From NCBI RefSeq assembly GCF_964204865.1, contig NC_135253.1, positions 13,144,001 to 13,208,000 of the forward strand: a stretch of DNA of 64,000 nt. The letters are read 5' to 3'. The notes beneath the pieces are model-generated. The model saw only the letters and a list, made by a program, of their open reading frames with translations. It was not told where the DNA came from and searched no databases. The DNA is from Styela clava (taxonomy: Eukaryota). The translations under genes were made by a program, and so were the position numbers. Shown in pieces: positions 63,818-64,000 of the stretch. Within the stretch, counting starts at the first letter, position 1. Each line of letters opens with the position of its first letter.

Positions 63818-64000
63818 CTGTAAGTAAGGACATAGTAAGTTTCGATAAAAACTAAAAAAGTGAAAAAAAACACCTATGTTGGATAGTTTCCCTTGTACTG
63901 GTCGCATATTTCCTGCGAGTTTTCACTATTCGTGATTGTCTTCTACTTCATGAACTATGCCCGCAAAAAAACATAAAACATTTTAAAATATGAACATAAT

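Overview
AT-rich, intron-containing animal genomic DNA. Gene content and repeat types suggest an invertebrate, plausibly an ascidian, but the species cannot be established from sequence alone. The six-frame ORF track misses most genes because they are spliced. Manual exon reconstruction gives: (1) a head-to-tail array of six intact 8-exon short-chain dehydrogenase/reductase (SDR) paralogs (6842-39762, + strand), all with a GC-AG intron 7 and an atypical active site (catalytic-tetrad Asn replaced by Leu; YxMFK); (2) a sialin/SLC17A5-like transporter with an intronless CDS (minus strand); (3) adenylate kinase 7 with an RFX X-box upstream and two homologous candidate alternative versions of exon 8; (4) the 3' part of prohormone convertase 2 (minus strand). 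The SDR array is dense with hAT-type non-autonomous elements, a DINE-1/HINE-like repeat family and small foldback MITEs. Copies 5 and 6 sit in a recent tandem duplication whose two units differ by TE insertions and by an inverted segment lying between ~205-bp inverted repeats. tRNA-derived SINE copies lie in and around AK7. All coordinates were counted by hand and no database searches were run.
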